NCBI RefSeq assembly: GCF_001194135.2
Contig: NC_068993.1
Location: forward strand, 3,383,718-3,423,445
Source of the DNA: Octopus bimaculoides
Lineage: Eukaryota
Direction of reading: 5' to 3'
DNA length: 39,728 nucleotides
Under the pieces are notes generated by a model. The model did no database searches and was not told the DNA's origin. It worked only from the letters and a program-made list of their open reading frames with translations. Of this stretch, positions 1 to 12,772 are shown piece by piece. Position 1 is the first letter of the stretch, and every line of letters starts with the position of its first letter. Both the position numbers and the translations under genes were made by a program.

Positions 1-26
1 AAAAAAAAAAAAAAAAAAAAAAAAAA
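1..26. repeat. poly(A) run at window/scaffold start
   Basis: 26 consecutive A at positions 1-26. Confidence 0.95.
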
Positions 27-556
27 TGCAGCTCCTCTTACACTTGCAGAATTTTGGCTTCTATTTTATTTCCGATTTCCATTTAAAATTAACAAAAAAT
101 TTCAATAAACCATCTTTTATCTACTCAAAACTTTTTTGTTTTTTACTAAAAGCTGTTCCGACTGTTAATAACAATTACTACAGTGTAACAGAGAAGAGGA
201 AATTTTCCGATGATCTCGCCATTATGAAAAAAGAATATTTATATAAATATAGATGGATAGATTAAAATATTTATCATGAACATATAAATTCATAGTTAAA
301 GAATTTATAAGGTTTCGACAAGGGTATTTTTCTTGTAGGAAGTGGTAATGCATAACTGAAAAAATATAAAAAGTAATTCCTTGTATTTAATGCTTAATAG
401 AATGCAAGCATTAAAATGTGTTGAGTTTTCTTATCTATTAAATGCAATGGGAAGAAGTTTAGATATTTTTGATATTTGAAATATTTTGTTTTCATTGTGA
501 ATTCCAGTTGATTTTGTCATTCCGTTTCAACAATTTTGTCTTGTAAATTATTTCAT

Positions 557-609
<53 letters not shown>

Positions 610-628
610 TGCGCGCACGCGCACACAC
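557..628. repeat. (TG)n/(TGCG)n microsatellite
   Basis: Direct reading of an alternating purine-pyrimidine tract. Confidence 0.9.
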
Positions 629-1271
629 CCTCCCTTTTTATGCTTGAATCGAACAAATGGTTTTTGATTAAAAATTTAGAGTCAATGCATTTGGTGAAAC
701 GCAAAAGTTTTCTATGACATTTCCCAAACCCATATATTTTGGTCAGGTATGTCATTTCAATCCCTGTGCATTTATTTATTTATTGATATATTTTCTAGAA
801 TCTTTTATATGAAGCAAAAATTCCAAATTGAAAGCAAATCACGTCTAAAAACATACACAAAAAGGGAATATGTAAAATTCCTCTATGCGTACATATACAT
901 ACACGTATATACATATATATGTGTATGTGTGTGTGTACACACACAAATATCGAGAGAGAGAGAGAGCGAGAGTGACAGTGAGAGATAGCACACTGATATA
1001 CATAAATTATTGATATAGACATACGTAAGTTTCAAATGTACAGCGCACAAATTTTGGGTTTTATAAAGAATACGATTACTTTACAAAACATCAATTACTA
1101 GCCATTAATTGAGCTGTAATTCCTAGTGAAATATTTCCTCTATCTTAGACAGAAGTATATACACAAGCACATGCATCATCATGACTATTGACAATTTATG
1201 TGTACCCTAGATGATCCTGTCATGGGTGCAAATATAGGGAATGTGTTTTATTGAAGAACTGTAGTTGATAG

Positions 1272-1490
1272 TGCAGAAAATTTTCTTCTCTTCATCTACA
1301 TAATGGTTCTTATATAGGCAAAGGCGGAAATCTTGGCGTTTGTATTGTCGAACGCAGGTTTAGAACACAGAGATCCAGAACAAACATCGACAAACATTTT
1401 GACAAATGCTCTAACAATTCCACAGATCCATAAATTGGTGCTGACACTTTGTGGTATGGTATGGGCCTCTAAAAGATTAAAACGAAAGTT
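1272..1490 (+). mobile_element. Decayed Penelope-like element, GIY-YIG endonuclease C-terminal fragment
   Basis: Frame from 1272 reads CRKFSSLHLHNGSYIGKGGNLGVCIVERR...IDKHFDKC*, resembling PLE VYKFxCxxCxxSYIGKTxRNLxxRIxEH...IxKHxxxC. A shifted frame gives KLVLTLCGMVWASKRLK, resembling the PLE end KLxPTLNxGLKASKELK. Motif match from memory only. Confidence 0.5.
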
Positions 1491-1654
1491 TTCCTTCACA
1501 GAATTTGATGTCTGAAGGTATCTCATATGTTAATTTGTCACTGCCTTTAAGATTCAGTCAATTTAGTGACATAAATAGTTTTATCTTACATATTTATACA
1601 CCACATCATGGTGTGTTTCCATGCAAACGTGCACCTTCTTCTCTTTTCTCTCTC

Positions 1655-1665
1655 TCACACACACA

Positions 1666-1707
<42 letters not shown>

Positions 1708-1826
1708 TACACATTTAGTTAACGCTGGCTAAATTCAAATGAGAGAGGCTTGCTTCTTGGTTGGCGGCCAATTGTATCTCTGTAGGAGAGTATATTGGAA
1801 ACACAAAACTAGAATTTGCATACACA

Positions 1827-1872
<46 letters not shown>

Positions 1873-1935
1873 CACGTACGTACATAGACATACATGCATA
1901 TGTACATATAAGCATACATAAATGTAAACATACAA
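1655..1935. repeat. (CA)n/(TACA)n microsatellite cluster
   Basis: Two CA-rich tracts (about 1655-1710 and 1820-1935); source of the HTHT/CVCV ORFs. Confidence 0.9.
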
Positions 1936-2292
1936 AGATGTAAACTGGCCCGCATACATGTCTGTATGAGAGCGTGTAAGCTTCGTTGATGTTCATTCAA
2001 AATATATATGAACTGAAATAGATCTTATTAAAATGATGGCCCTTATTATTTTATTAAAATATATTTCCAAAATAGTTTGACATTTCAAGGTGAATATTTG
2101 CTTCAATAATTTCTTTTATTGGTAATGTTACGACAAGAAACCATTAAAGAATCATTTCTAGCAGAAGGAAGAATAATTTGTGTTGTTACTACACATTCTT
2201 CTTCCTGACTAGTTAGGTCGATGACATTGATATATTCAGATTGAAAGTTTGCATCACAATATCCCGAAATAGCAACCGGGGACTGATTAATC

Positions 2293-2385
<93 letters not shown>
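2293..2385. repeat. (AG)n tract with periodic AAAG interruptions
   Basis: About 90 bp of uninterrupted polypurine. Confidence 0.95.
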
Positions 2386-2386
<1 letters not shown>

Positions 2387-2561
2387 GCTCGGTAGGAGAA
2401 AGAAGGACACTATAGTTTAATGTAAAGTTTTGAGGAATGAAATAGGGAAGAAATTAAATACGAAAATTTCGCAGTTATTTGGCTTTTAGCTCCAGTTTAG
2501 TCCTGACTGATCAGCGAAATGGTCAAATGCATTCTAGTCGTGGACAACCTGCCTTTAGAAA

Positions 2562-3112
2562 NNNNNNNNNNNNNNNNNNNNNNNNNNNNNNNNNNNNNNN
2601 NNNNNNNNNNNNNNNNNNNNNNNNNNNNNNNNNNNNNNNNNNNNNNNNNNNNNNNNNNNNNNNNNNNNNNNNNNNNNNNNNNNNNNNNNNNNNNNNNNNN
2701 NNNNNNNNNNNNNNNNNNNNNNNNNNNNNNNNNNNNNNNNNNNNNNNNNNNNNNNNNNNNNNNNNNNNNNNNNNNNNNNNNNNNNNNNNNNNNNNNNNNN
2801 NNNNNNNNNNNNNNNNNNNNNNNNNNNNNNNNNNNNNNNNNNNNNNNNNNNNNNNNNNNNNNNNNNNNNNNNNNNNNNNNNNNNNNNNNNNNNNNNNNNN
2901 NNNNNNNNNNNNNNNNNNNNNNNNNNNNNNNNNNNNNNNNNNNNNNNNNNNNNNNNNNNNNNNNNNNNNNNNNNNNNNNNNNNNNNNNNNNNNNNNNNNN
3001 NNNNNNNNNNNNNNNNNNNNNNNNNNNNNNNNNNNNNNNNNNNNNNNNNNNNNNNNNNNNNNNNNNNNNNNNNNNNNNNNNNNNNNNNNNNNNNNNNNNN
3101 NNNNNNNNNNNN
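2562..3112. other. Assembly gap (551 N)
   Basis: N run, flanked on the right by (TA)n. Confidence 0.99.
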
Positions 3113-3954
3113 ATATATATATATATATACGTGTGTGCGTGTGAATATCTGCACGTACTTTGATACCAGTGTTTAAAGTTACTACCTAGAAATAGGAAAA
3201 CGTTGATTTTGCATAGAAATGGAATAATTTTACTACGCAGAGCTAATGCTTTCGTATAAGTTTTTGGAGGTGCTTGTACATCGATGTTTACCAACATGAA
3301 GTTATATGTACTTCAGATAAGTACTTTTAGGATGTTATATGTACTTCATACATTTTATACTGTTTTATATTTCTTATTAGATATTAATTCATAATAATTA
3401 TTTAAAAAGTTTTTTGAGTTTCATACTTTTTATACACCTAGGGTATATCTTCTACGAACACTCATAATCGTAATTAGTTTTGCTATTTTAAAATTATTCT
3501 TGTTGTTTTCCCAAATTAATTCCCTGTGACAATTTCTTTATTTTAAAATTTACATATATTTTACTAAATTCCACTTTTCTTGGAAACCTTTCATGTGAAT
3601 AAGTAATTAATTTTAATCCAGCTTCTTTTATATACAATTATATTCTCAATCAACTACGTATGTCTATACATTTCAAAGCATTTTGTATAATTAAAGCAAG
3701 TCTATTTTCTCATCATTTTCCAAAATATATCATAGCTGCTTACAATATTTGTTCCAAAGCTATCTTTATTTTATGTCAGTTTGTATAAAGACAGGCTTTT
3801 TACTTTAAATATTGCCTTTGTAGTCATACCATCAATCTGATAAACATAATTTTACCTGTATAATTTGATATATTTTCTTTGTTAAAATCAATCATACACA
3901 TACATACCTTAAGATACATACGCATGTGTGTGTGTGTGCTTGTGCATGAATATG

Positions 3955-3988
<34 letters not shown>

Positions 3989-4799
3989 TATATTATTCCA
4001 TCTCAGGAATTCCGATACACTACCATAAAAATGTCTTTAGCATATTTCCTTCCGCTAGCTTTTTTTGATCAGTATTTTGTTTTGAATATTTTTTCCCCAT
4101 TCGTCAAATTCGTAAATAATATATGTTAAATTTTTAAATAACATTTTCCGATACTCCTTAAATCGTCCCGATTAATAAATTTATTTCACATTTAATTGTT
4201 ACGAAAAATTCACTTCTACTTGGTCTACTTTAATATTTTTAATTTGAAAATTGTTAACATTGTTTGCATATTTATAACTTTTCCAATTTTAAATATTGTT
4301 AATATTTTAATGTAATTGCTTTCATATTAACGGAATAACCTATATATTTTCACAGTATTTATCTCCCTTCATTTAGAATTTAAACACTTTAATGTTTTAT
4401 TGTTGTTATTTCCACATTATGTAAAATATAATGGAACAAACATCTCTTTTAACAGCGATATAAATTTTTACTACGCTTATCTTTTCTATCGATAATTCAT
4501 CTTATTTCAATTAAATATTTGTGTAAGATAGAATATCGATTTTTTACAAAGAAATAGCAATGTTTAGACGTATTTATGTCCTTAGTTTTTATCGTAAACC
4601 ATTATTTGTTATACATTATATAATAATGTTTGTTTCCTACAAATAATTCCTTGTTAGAATTTCAGATTTTAGCGATTTAATTTTACGTATGTTTCTTAAT
4701 CGTCAAATTAATCCATATATCAGCACTACATTAAACATTCTTATATATATACACTCAGGCAATTACGGAAGTAACTCATCAATCTAGATTACTATACTC

Positions 4800-5290
4800 T
4801 ACCACTTACAAATATTTGATCCTCCGCCGCTTCATTTTCACCGCCATCTGCTCCAATTTGCCCGGACATTTTTAATCCGTACACGCCATCTATCCAGTTC
4901 CTGCATTAGCTGAGGGGGGTATTCGGGAAGGCATCCAATGTCTCCACTGAGTTGATCAACATCCCTTGTATTCCGACGACCTGCTCGAGTACGGCCATGC
5001 TTTGGCATCCATAGCAGTAAATCATTTGCCAACTCTTAGTTAGCTCGCATCAACTTCCCTCAAAGTGCAAACGCCTTTCTCTGATAATGGTAAAACAGGC
5101 AAATCTTCATAGAGCTGTTTCTGGGAGGGGTGTGTTCTCCAAGTTATGTTTAAGATTACACTTAAAATTTGAGTGTAAGTTCCTTCTAGCTTGACTTCCA
5201 GTTTTATGGTGAGCGTCCAGGCTGTTGTTCTGTGAAGAAGGACTGAATATCCGGCTGCATTGAAAAAATTACTCTTAAGGTTTTCTGACC
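4800..5290 (-). mobile_element. 5'-truncated RTE-X-like non-LTR retrotransposon, 3' end of ORF
   Basis: Minus-strand translation across frameshifts/stops: LKSNFFNAAGYSVLLHRTTAWTLTIKLEVKLEGTYTQILSVILNITWRTHPSQKQLYEDLP..IRERRLHF..ELANDLLLWMPKHGRTRAGRRNTRDVDQLSGDIG..LMQELDRWRVRIKNVRA. This follows the RTE-clade post-RT pattern (SVLLYGSETWTLT...LDGTYTRMLR..LNISW...IRERRLRFAGH...LLWxPxHGxR.RGRP..Y.DQL..D.G). Confidence 0.85.
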
Positions 5291-5980
5291 GCCTCTCAGA
5301 TTTATTTATATGACTTATCGCTGTTTTCCCAAAACATTTCGTTAAAACAGTTTCGGCGAAACTTCGAAGTCGCTGTCAATTTTTTACATTCTTTAAAGTT
5401 AAATATATAAATCTACAACAAAATTGTTATTTTAATTAATACCTGTTATCTCTAGAATCAAAATTCCGATGTTTAATACTTATTTAGCTTCTCTCCAAGC
5501 AAAACAAGTTTCAATAAGTTTTGGCAACAGAAAGAACTTATTAAAAACAATCTTTTACGTTCTATCATATCCTGGTTTTAAAAGATACAAAGAAAGTGGT
5601 TGGGTCAGGAAGGTCATTTAGCTATAAATACATTGCCTCGAAAATGGAACCATGGTGAATATTACAGTCATGCGCCCATAAGACTAATCTCAGCTTTGAA
5701 AAGGAAAATGGCTATAAAACATTTGTTCTCTTCTGTTATATTTATACACTAATCACTTGATGCCAGGCACAAGGAGGAAGAATGAAATAACGAGTTGGGA
5801 TATTAATGCCCTAACCGGGTGCATTAACGGTGAAAATGAAATGGAATGGTTTCGACACCAACCAAGAATTTAAAACATCACAGATATTATTCTACCTGGA
5901 TTGTATCTTTCATACCACAGTGCTATTTACCGACAAACTCGGACATCTGTGCAATCGTTTCAATTATGTGTGTGAGTGAA

Positions 5981-6085
5981 GGCGCATGGCTCAATGTTAG
6001 AGCGTCGGGGTCACAATCATGAGGTAATGATTTTGATTTCCGGACTACCTGAAACACTCGTTGTCGTAACCGACGGAGTTCCAGT
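5981..6085 (+). mobile_element. SINE family A copy with internal deletion (tRNA head fused to 3' tail)
   Basis: Head ggcgcatggctcaatgttagagcgtcggggtcacaatcatgagg matches the head at 7880. It is followed directly by ctcgttgtcgtaaccgacggagttcc, the reverse complement of the tail at about 32426-32445. Confidence 0.75.
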
Positions 6086-6644
6086 TATTACTAAAAATTA
6101 AAAATGCAGTTATGAAAGCTTGTTTTGATACAAACCCTGTAAGTTCAGATTTGAAACCGGTGCCAAACATTGAATGTAATATACACCTTCCATTAAAAAA
6201 GCAAATTCTTTTTTCCAAAATACTGCCCAGTTCTATACGTTGCTACTTCAAAACTTTTAATTATAATTTTCAACAAAGGCTCACAGGTGGGGGTAGGAAA
6301 TGCACCTTTTAAGAGTTTATATATTGAAGGAGAATCAATTTTTGGCTATTACAGAATTATTTCTAATAAGTCTGCTAATTAAAACAACTGCCAAGATGTC
6401 CAACGGCTATGGAAGATTTATTGTACGATTAATGATCATAACTCTTGAAGGATGAATTAATTTGATGATATTTTGGTAAAATGAATCCTTCCGCCAACTT
6501 ATGCGGAAAATAAATTATGTATGCATGTATTTGCGTGCGTAAACGTATGTATGTGTCTCTATAAATGTGTGTATGCATTATATATATTGATGTTTTTATA
6601 TTCATACATACACATACATATATATCATGTATGTATTTATGTAA

Positions 6645-6700
<56 letters not shown>
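6645..6700. repeat. (TA)n microsatellite
   Basis: Direct reading. Confidence 0.95.
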
Positions 6701-6702
<2 letters not shown>

Positions 6703-7597
6703 ATGAGTGTGTGTGAGGGGTGTATCTTGAGAGAGAAAGAGAGAGAGTATAACTTTCTTGATAGCTGGAAACAGAGAGAAATCAAAATATATATCTACAC
6801 AGGAATCATAAAATAAAAACAATAATATATAAAACAAAAGTTAGATTCTTAGTTTTAAATGTGAAAGGTCTTTAAATTAAAGAATTCATTAATTTTCTGC
6901 TTCTTTGAGCTTTGTGAATCTATTTCTTCACAGAGGCATAACAATCTCCTATTTCTGTTCATTGTGATATAAATTGGCTAATGATTGAAAAAAAAAAAAT
7001 TATGCAAAGTGGGAATTATGATCATAAACCATTTATTGCAAGTGTAATGAATATCATACATATACGCAGGTAAGTTATACACACATAAATGCATTCATAT
7101 ATATCCATACACCTATGCTTACAGATAGATATTTCAACTCACATATACGTTCGTATATGCACACACTTTCTGATCATTAACCACAGGAATATATAATATG
7201 AAATATCTATATTTTTCAGGTGGTCGATGCGTAAGTGATTATTCATCTACCACTGCAACTTCAAGTTCTTTTTCAGCTGCCAAGATATTGGTTAATGTCT
7301 GTGTCTGCAATACTGTAAATAGGACCAATAACAGATATGGTTTTTCTTTTTCCTGTTGTAATTATCAGCCATTATCGTGGAATTACCAATTGCGTGTTCG
7401 AATTACTCTTGCAGTTGTTGGTGTTGATTAGCCAGGGTCAGCGGTCTATCAAGTGCCCCCAATCCCTCATGATCTCGGTATTTCTGTTCCGTGCACGTTG
7501 GACTGCAAGATCCGATATAACTTTTCTTTACACAAGAGATTAGATTTTTCTTTCGAGGTAACTGCGCTGCTATTTCAAGCATACATATTGGTTTCAA

Positions 7598-7790
7598 ATT
7601 TTGGCACAAGGCCAGTAATTTTGTGGGAGGAGGCATGTCGATTACATCCAACCCTCTAGTATTTATTTTATCGACCCTGAAAGGATGAATGGCAAAGTCG
7701 AAAGAATTTGAACTCAGAAGGTAAAGACGGGCGGAAATTCGCTTAGCATTTTTCCCAGTGCACTAACGAGTCTTTCCCCTCGCCTCCTTA
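7598..7790 (-). mobile_element. tRNA-derived SINE, family B
   Basis: Shares ttttatcgaccc-gaaaggatgaa-ggcaaagtcga...gaatttgaactcagaa-gtaaagacgg with the copies at 15945, 19190, 29422 and (reverse complement) 24096. Confidence 0.85.
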
Positions 7791-7879
7791 TTTTTAGCAT
7801 TTGTATTTGCAGCCTTGATGTCTCTGTGTCCAATTTCTTCGTTATTTTTGTTACAGCTCATTCATGGATAGCATATATA

Positions 7880-8148
7880 GGCACATGGCTCAGTGGTTAA
7901 AGCGTCGAGCTTACAATCGTGAGGTTGTGAGTTCGATTTCCGGACTGGGCTGCGTGCTGTGTTCTTGAGCAAGACACTTTATTTCACGTTGCTCCAGTTA
8001 ACTCAGCTGTAGAAACGAGTTGTGACATCACTGGCGCCAAGCTGTATCAGCCTTTGGCTTTCCCTTGGATAACATCGGTGGCGTGGAGAAGGGAGGCTGG
8101 TATGGACGGGCGACTGCTGGCCTTCCACAAACAACCTTGCCCGGACTT
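7880..8148 (+). mobile_element. tRNA-derived SINE, family A (CORE-like central domain)
   Basis: Pol III A-box tggctcagtgg and B-box gttcgatttcc, then gtgttcttgagcaagacactttatttcacgttgctccagttaactcagctgtagaaacg, a CORE-like domain also seen at 21803. Confidence 0.9.
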
Positions 8149-8385
8149 TAATAATTTAAAGAAAACAGGGAATACACATAGAATATTCACTTTTTTATCA
8201 TTGTGCCATCATATTAATTTCTTCTTTGCCTTCGTGACGTTTCAGCAATTTGTTTGTGTCCATACTTACACTTTAAAGTGCGTTATGATGTAATAAACAG
8301 CGTCGCTTCGGGGCATTTTTAACCGTTATTTTCCGTTTCTCTCAAATAGAGAATTGTACCAACTGAATAGTAAAACTTTTGTTCC

Positions 8386-8688
8386 NNNNNNNNNNNNNNN
8401 NNNNNNNNNNNNNNNNNNNNNNNNNNNNNNNNNNNNNNNNNNNNNNNNNNNNNNNNNNNNNNNNNNNNNNNNNNNNNNNNNNNNNNNNNNNNNNNNNNNN
8501 NNNNNNNNNNNNNNNNNNNNNNNNNNNNNNNNNNNNNNNNNNNNNNNNNNNNNNNNNNNNNNNNNNNNNNNNNNNNNNNNNNNNNNNNNNNNNNNNNNNN
8601 NNNNNNNNNNNNNNNNNNNNNNNNNNNNNNNNNNNNNNNNNNNNNNNNNNNNNNNNNNNNNNNNNNNNNNNNNNNNNNNNNNNNNNNN
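8386..8688. other. Assembly gap (303 N)
   Basis: N run followed by (AG)n. Confidence 0.99.
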
Positions 8689-8735
<47 letters not shown>

Positions 8736-8970
8736 CAGATATATATATATATCGCGTATATGTTTATAAGTTTTTATTTATATGCATACATCTACGCATA
8801 TGTACGTGTGTGTGTGTGTGTGTGTGCATATATAAATATGAATATATATTTATATATTTATATATGTCTGCATAGGTGTGTACATTCAGTGATGAACACA
8901 TCCATCAGTACGTGCATATATTATTATAAACTTTGTATATGTACGTATGTATTAATGTATGTGTATGTAT
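8689..8970. repeat. (AG)n followed by TA/TG-rich low-complexity tract
   Basis: Direct reading. Confidence 0.9.
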
Positions 8971-10839
8971 TCTAACAGCGTTGGTTCAATAAGGTGAGTA
9001 GAAGGTGGTAGAGGGGGACAAGCTTGAGGCTCGTGCTTATTATTACGCTAGGATATTTCTCATTACAAATTTATTCATGTATTTTCCACCAACATCAGCC
9101 ATGCTGCAATATCGCAATGCTAATTACTGACTGGTTGTAAATCGCTTGGATATCTTCTAATGTGAAGTAATTTCTTTTTCTGTGTACCACCATAGGTTTC
9201 TTGGATGGATTGTCTCAATTTTAGATATCGATGACTTCTTAAGAAATTTTCTGAGTAATTATTTGAATCCTGAATCGATTCCAAGTTGTTGATTCTGTTC
9301 AAGTATAGAGTGCTAAAGAGGTTGGAGTTCATGCAGAGAAAGCATAGAGCATAGTTTGTCTACTAGCAATGTGTTATAGATAAATGATCATGACTTATGT
9401 CTCATAGAGTAATAAGATGTATGGCTTGTAGTGTAGTAAGATAAAGAGGAAAAGAATCAAAATCATAACAAATTGCAAGATACAGGCAAAGATAAGTGAA
9501 AATTCTACAGTTAAAATCAGAAGAAAAGAATTGTTTCGTAATACCTCTGGAGACATCCAACAATTATTCTTTTCTTCTGAATGTTATCATACATCATAAA
9601 CGTTGAGATTAAATTAATTCAGAAGTACATAGCGTAAAATAAGACTTAAACTTTCACTCTTTAAGATTTCGGAAAGAGGAAAAATTCGAATTATAAAGTG
9701 AAATCGGAGTCGGGGTTTCTTTACAAAATAAATGGTAAACAATTCTATCACCGTATGGATGGGGTGACCAGTCAAGTAAAATATTTGACAGAAGAAAATC
9801 TGTCCATAAGGCAACATAATGAACAATAGCGCATTCTTGAGATAATACACTCTTTTGAAGTGGTAAGAAACTAGAAGCTAAAGCAAGACTTCAAACTACG
9901 CCCTCAGGTTAATGATGAGATCAAAGACCATAATTATAAATAAAGTTACAGAAAATTTAGTTTTATAGTTTTATAATATACAGTATATTTCCCAGTTTTG
10001 AAGTGATTAGTTAATACAAACTGTTAAGCATTAATATTTTCACTTTCCACGTATTTACTTAACAACATAAATTGTTAAGCATTCGCGCCTAAGGCTATGT
10101 ACCAAGACAGAAAACCTCTTATCCAATTGAGCCAATAGTTTATCAGTATTTACTCGAACTTCCAAGATACTTATGTTTCAAATTTATAATATATCCATCA
10201 CTATAACTTCTAATGTAGCTACACAATTCGTTTTGTCAAATGCTGCTCATTAAATATAATTATTAAATACGTGATACGAATATGAAGTAATATAAGGGTA
10301 ATATGACGCAAACATTTATAATAATTTGAATGAATAATAAATTTTATCATTCCAAAAAATATATAAACATGCCTGAGTTTAGTTATGTATTAGTAAATGT
10401 ATTTGTGTATTTACGTCAAATTGATTTTTAATTATATTGTATAAAACAGAAACAAGTTATCTGAACAATTACAGTTAAAATAAATACTTTGCATAATTTA
10501 ATCTCCACATTTTGTGCTCAGAATGAAAATCATTTGAATAAATTTTCCTGTCCTCTCCGACATTCGTAATACAAGTAACAACGATATAATAAATTTTATG
10601 TAATTGATGCAAAAGAAAAAGAAAAAAAAAACCCAGAAATTCTGTTTTTTCGGTAAATTTTCCTGAGTTTATTCTATATAGTATAAATAGCTTCATATTT
10701 ACTAAACTATTATCTTAGTCTTTGAAAACAAAAAAATGTATTATTATATGCTAATAATGACTGTAAATTTTAAAATTTATTAAATTAGCATTTATTAAGT
10801 CAACGGTGTCTGAGATGAAGAATGGTAAGTGGCAACTCG

Positions 10840-10985
10840 TTATTGGGCAACATCGCCATTTGTACCAAAACTGCATCGTGACTGTTTTGCTGCCATAGAC
10901 CTCCTTGGTGTCGAGAGCATGGAAGACCAACTTAGGAAATAATGGCACCTCACCAGAAACACAGATGCAGAGCAAAAGGACAATA
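10840..10985 (+). mobile_element. Possible very decayed RTE-type LINE fragment
   Basis: GC-richer island. One frame reads LLGVESMEDQLRK*WHLTR, loosely like RTE ..GVxSIExQLRKRRLRWxGHLxR with a small deletion. Weak. Confidence 0.25.
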
Positions 10986-12026
10986 CTATGGCGTATATAT
11001 ATATTCATATATTAATAAATAGATGCGTATATCTGTCCATAAATGAATGCACTCAGGCACATACCTATGCACACACATAAATGTATATATTGTGTATTAT
11101 GTCTATGTACGCACAAGATACAATGGAAGATAAAACACTAAAAGCTGTTTGTGTGACAGATAATATAACGTAAACTCCTACGTTGCCCATATCAAGAATC
11201 CAAAGTTATATGCGGCAACAATATTTGTTCCAGGAATAATATTCCGTTAAGCGATTGTACTTAAAGCGTCTGACCATTTTCCACTTAATCATCAGCAAAG
11301 AATATAATATAATCGAACCTGTCTTATGCTATGTTGCAACTGCTCTACAAACATGGAAACACTCGTAACAAGTTTTCAAGCAAAAACGACTAGAGTTAAT
11401 TGTATATACAGTAATTAAAAACGCACATCCTTTTAAACCGCTTTGTAATATTTAACGGATTATATTAGAGCGAGCAGGTGCTTGAGCATTGGTGCATATG
11501 TTTGTACATGTGAGTGTGCGTGTGGGCGTCCCTGTGCAGAGTGCTGGAAGCGGAGGTCAAATCTGTAGAACCTTAGCGGATGAATTTATATAAATGCATG
11601 ACGGAGAGGTAATTTATATAACGATATCACTATTGAACTTCTTTCAGAGATATAGAAAGCGTGAAGAGTTAAATTATACCTGAAAATAGAAAATTCATCT
11701 TAATTATTTCAAAATGAGATGAAAACCCTCAAGTACTGCAAGCCATTCTAAAGAGAAGGGCCTTACACAGCTTAGACGAGCCACATACTGAAATAACTTT
11801 AATTTACCTGCAATGACCATACGTTTTCACTGAGTATTGCCACTTCGACAAATACTTCCTAAACAACTGAAATAGGCGCATCTAATAATGAAGTACAATT
11901 TCTGTCTTATATTTCCAAATTTTCAGCTGACCATAGTCATTTTAAATGACAAATTTTATACCAACTCTCCCTAACCACCACAGCTTTAAATTTTTTTCTC
12001 CCTAGATAGACAAATCAATCATAATG

Positions 12027-12065
<39 letters not shown>

Positions 12066-12772
12066 CGAATGCCTGACAACATTTTTATGCAAAATGCACT
12101 ACCGAAAATTCAGCAGCATAATAAGTGATATATGTCACGAACGTTTCCTAAATTATGTTTGTCATCTGGCGATAATGTGGCATACACTGAGCATGACACG
12201 TTAGATTATGAATTTCTATCATTAACAAACTACAAAATTTGGATATATTTTATTGTACTATATATACATATTGAGTACTCAAGATTTTCTTTACAGTAGT
12301 CTTTAGATATAATTTTTCCATCCATCAATAATTCTTTAGATCTATCATGTCGGTCAAGAACATTATCGGTTTTAATCATGATATGAGCATCACAGATGAA
12401 TGATTTATAATATTTTTAGCTTGCATAAAAAATTAGTTTATTAGAAACAAATTCTTTCAGAGCCAACGGAAGCTGCACGCAAAATGCCTGTAATATTATA
12501 ACATAATGTCATATTATAACAAAGCAACCTTGAAGTATCAAAATAAAGAAACACTCTCTGCAGAGTGATTTGTTTTTAATCTGCCGAGTTTCGTATCGCA
12601 ACACGAAAGAAGACGGGGCACACAATGGGAAACGTCTAAAGTAATTGTATACTAAGCTACATATAAAGAGAATGAATCTTATAACTAAGTAAGATTTGAA
12701 TTATTAAGGATATTTCAGGATTTATTTAACAATATATCCAAGTTAGAGTTTGATGGAAAGTAAAATATTATC

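Noticed and set aside
2479-3297. Longest ORFs (199-266 aa); also 8354-8975 and 36566-37044
   Set aside because: They are open only because they cross N gaps.
3150-4760. A-rich minus strand suggesting an old LINE RT region
   Set aside because: Only vague peptide similarities; no diagnostic motif (for example YADD or QG) recognisable.
7880-7950. tRNA-like segments with A and B boxes (also 5981, 21803, 26400-26464, 32870-32940)
   Set aside because: They continue into shared SINE bodies and lack a closing acceptor stem; SINE heads, not tRNA genes.
10789-10824. 36-nt phase-1 candidate exon (FIKSTVSEMKN) ending in GTAAGT
   Set aside because: The acceptor lacks a pyrimidine tract; no other support.
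11580-11870. Minus-strand 59-nt exon plus about 130-nt intron giving LFRKYLSKWQYSVKTYGHCRYNLTLHAF...
   Set aside because: Splice sites plausible but the peptide is unrecognisable and terminates; expected by chance in AT-rich DNA.
11885-11905. Minus-strand attgtacttcat, identical to the first 12 nt of miR-305 as I recall it
   Set aside because: The remaining bases differ and there is no hairpin.
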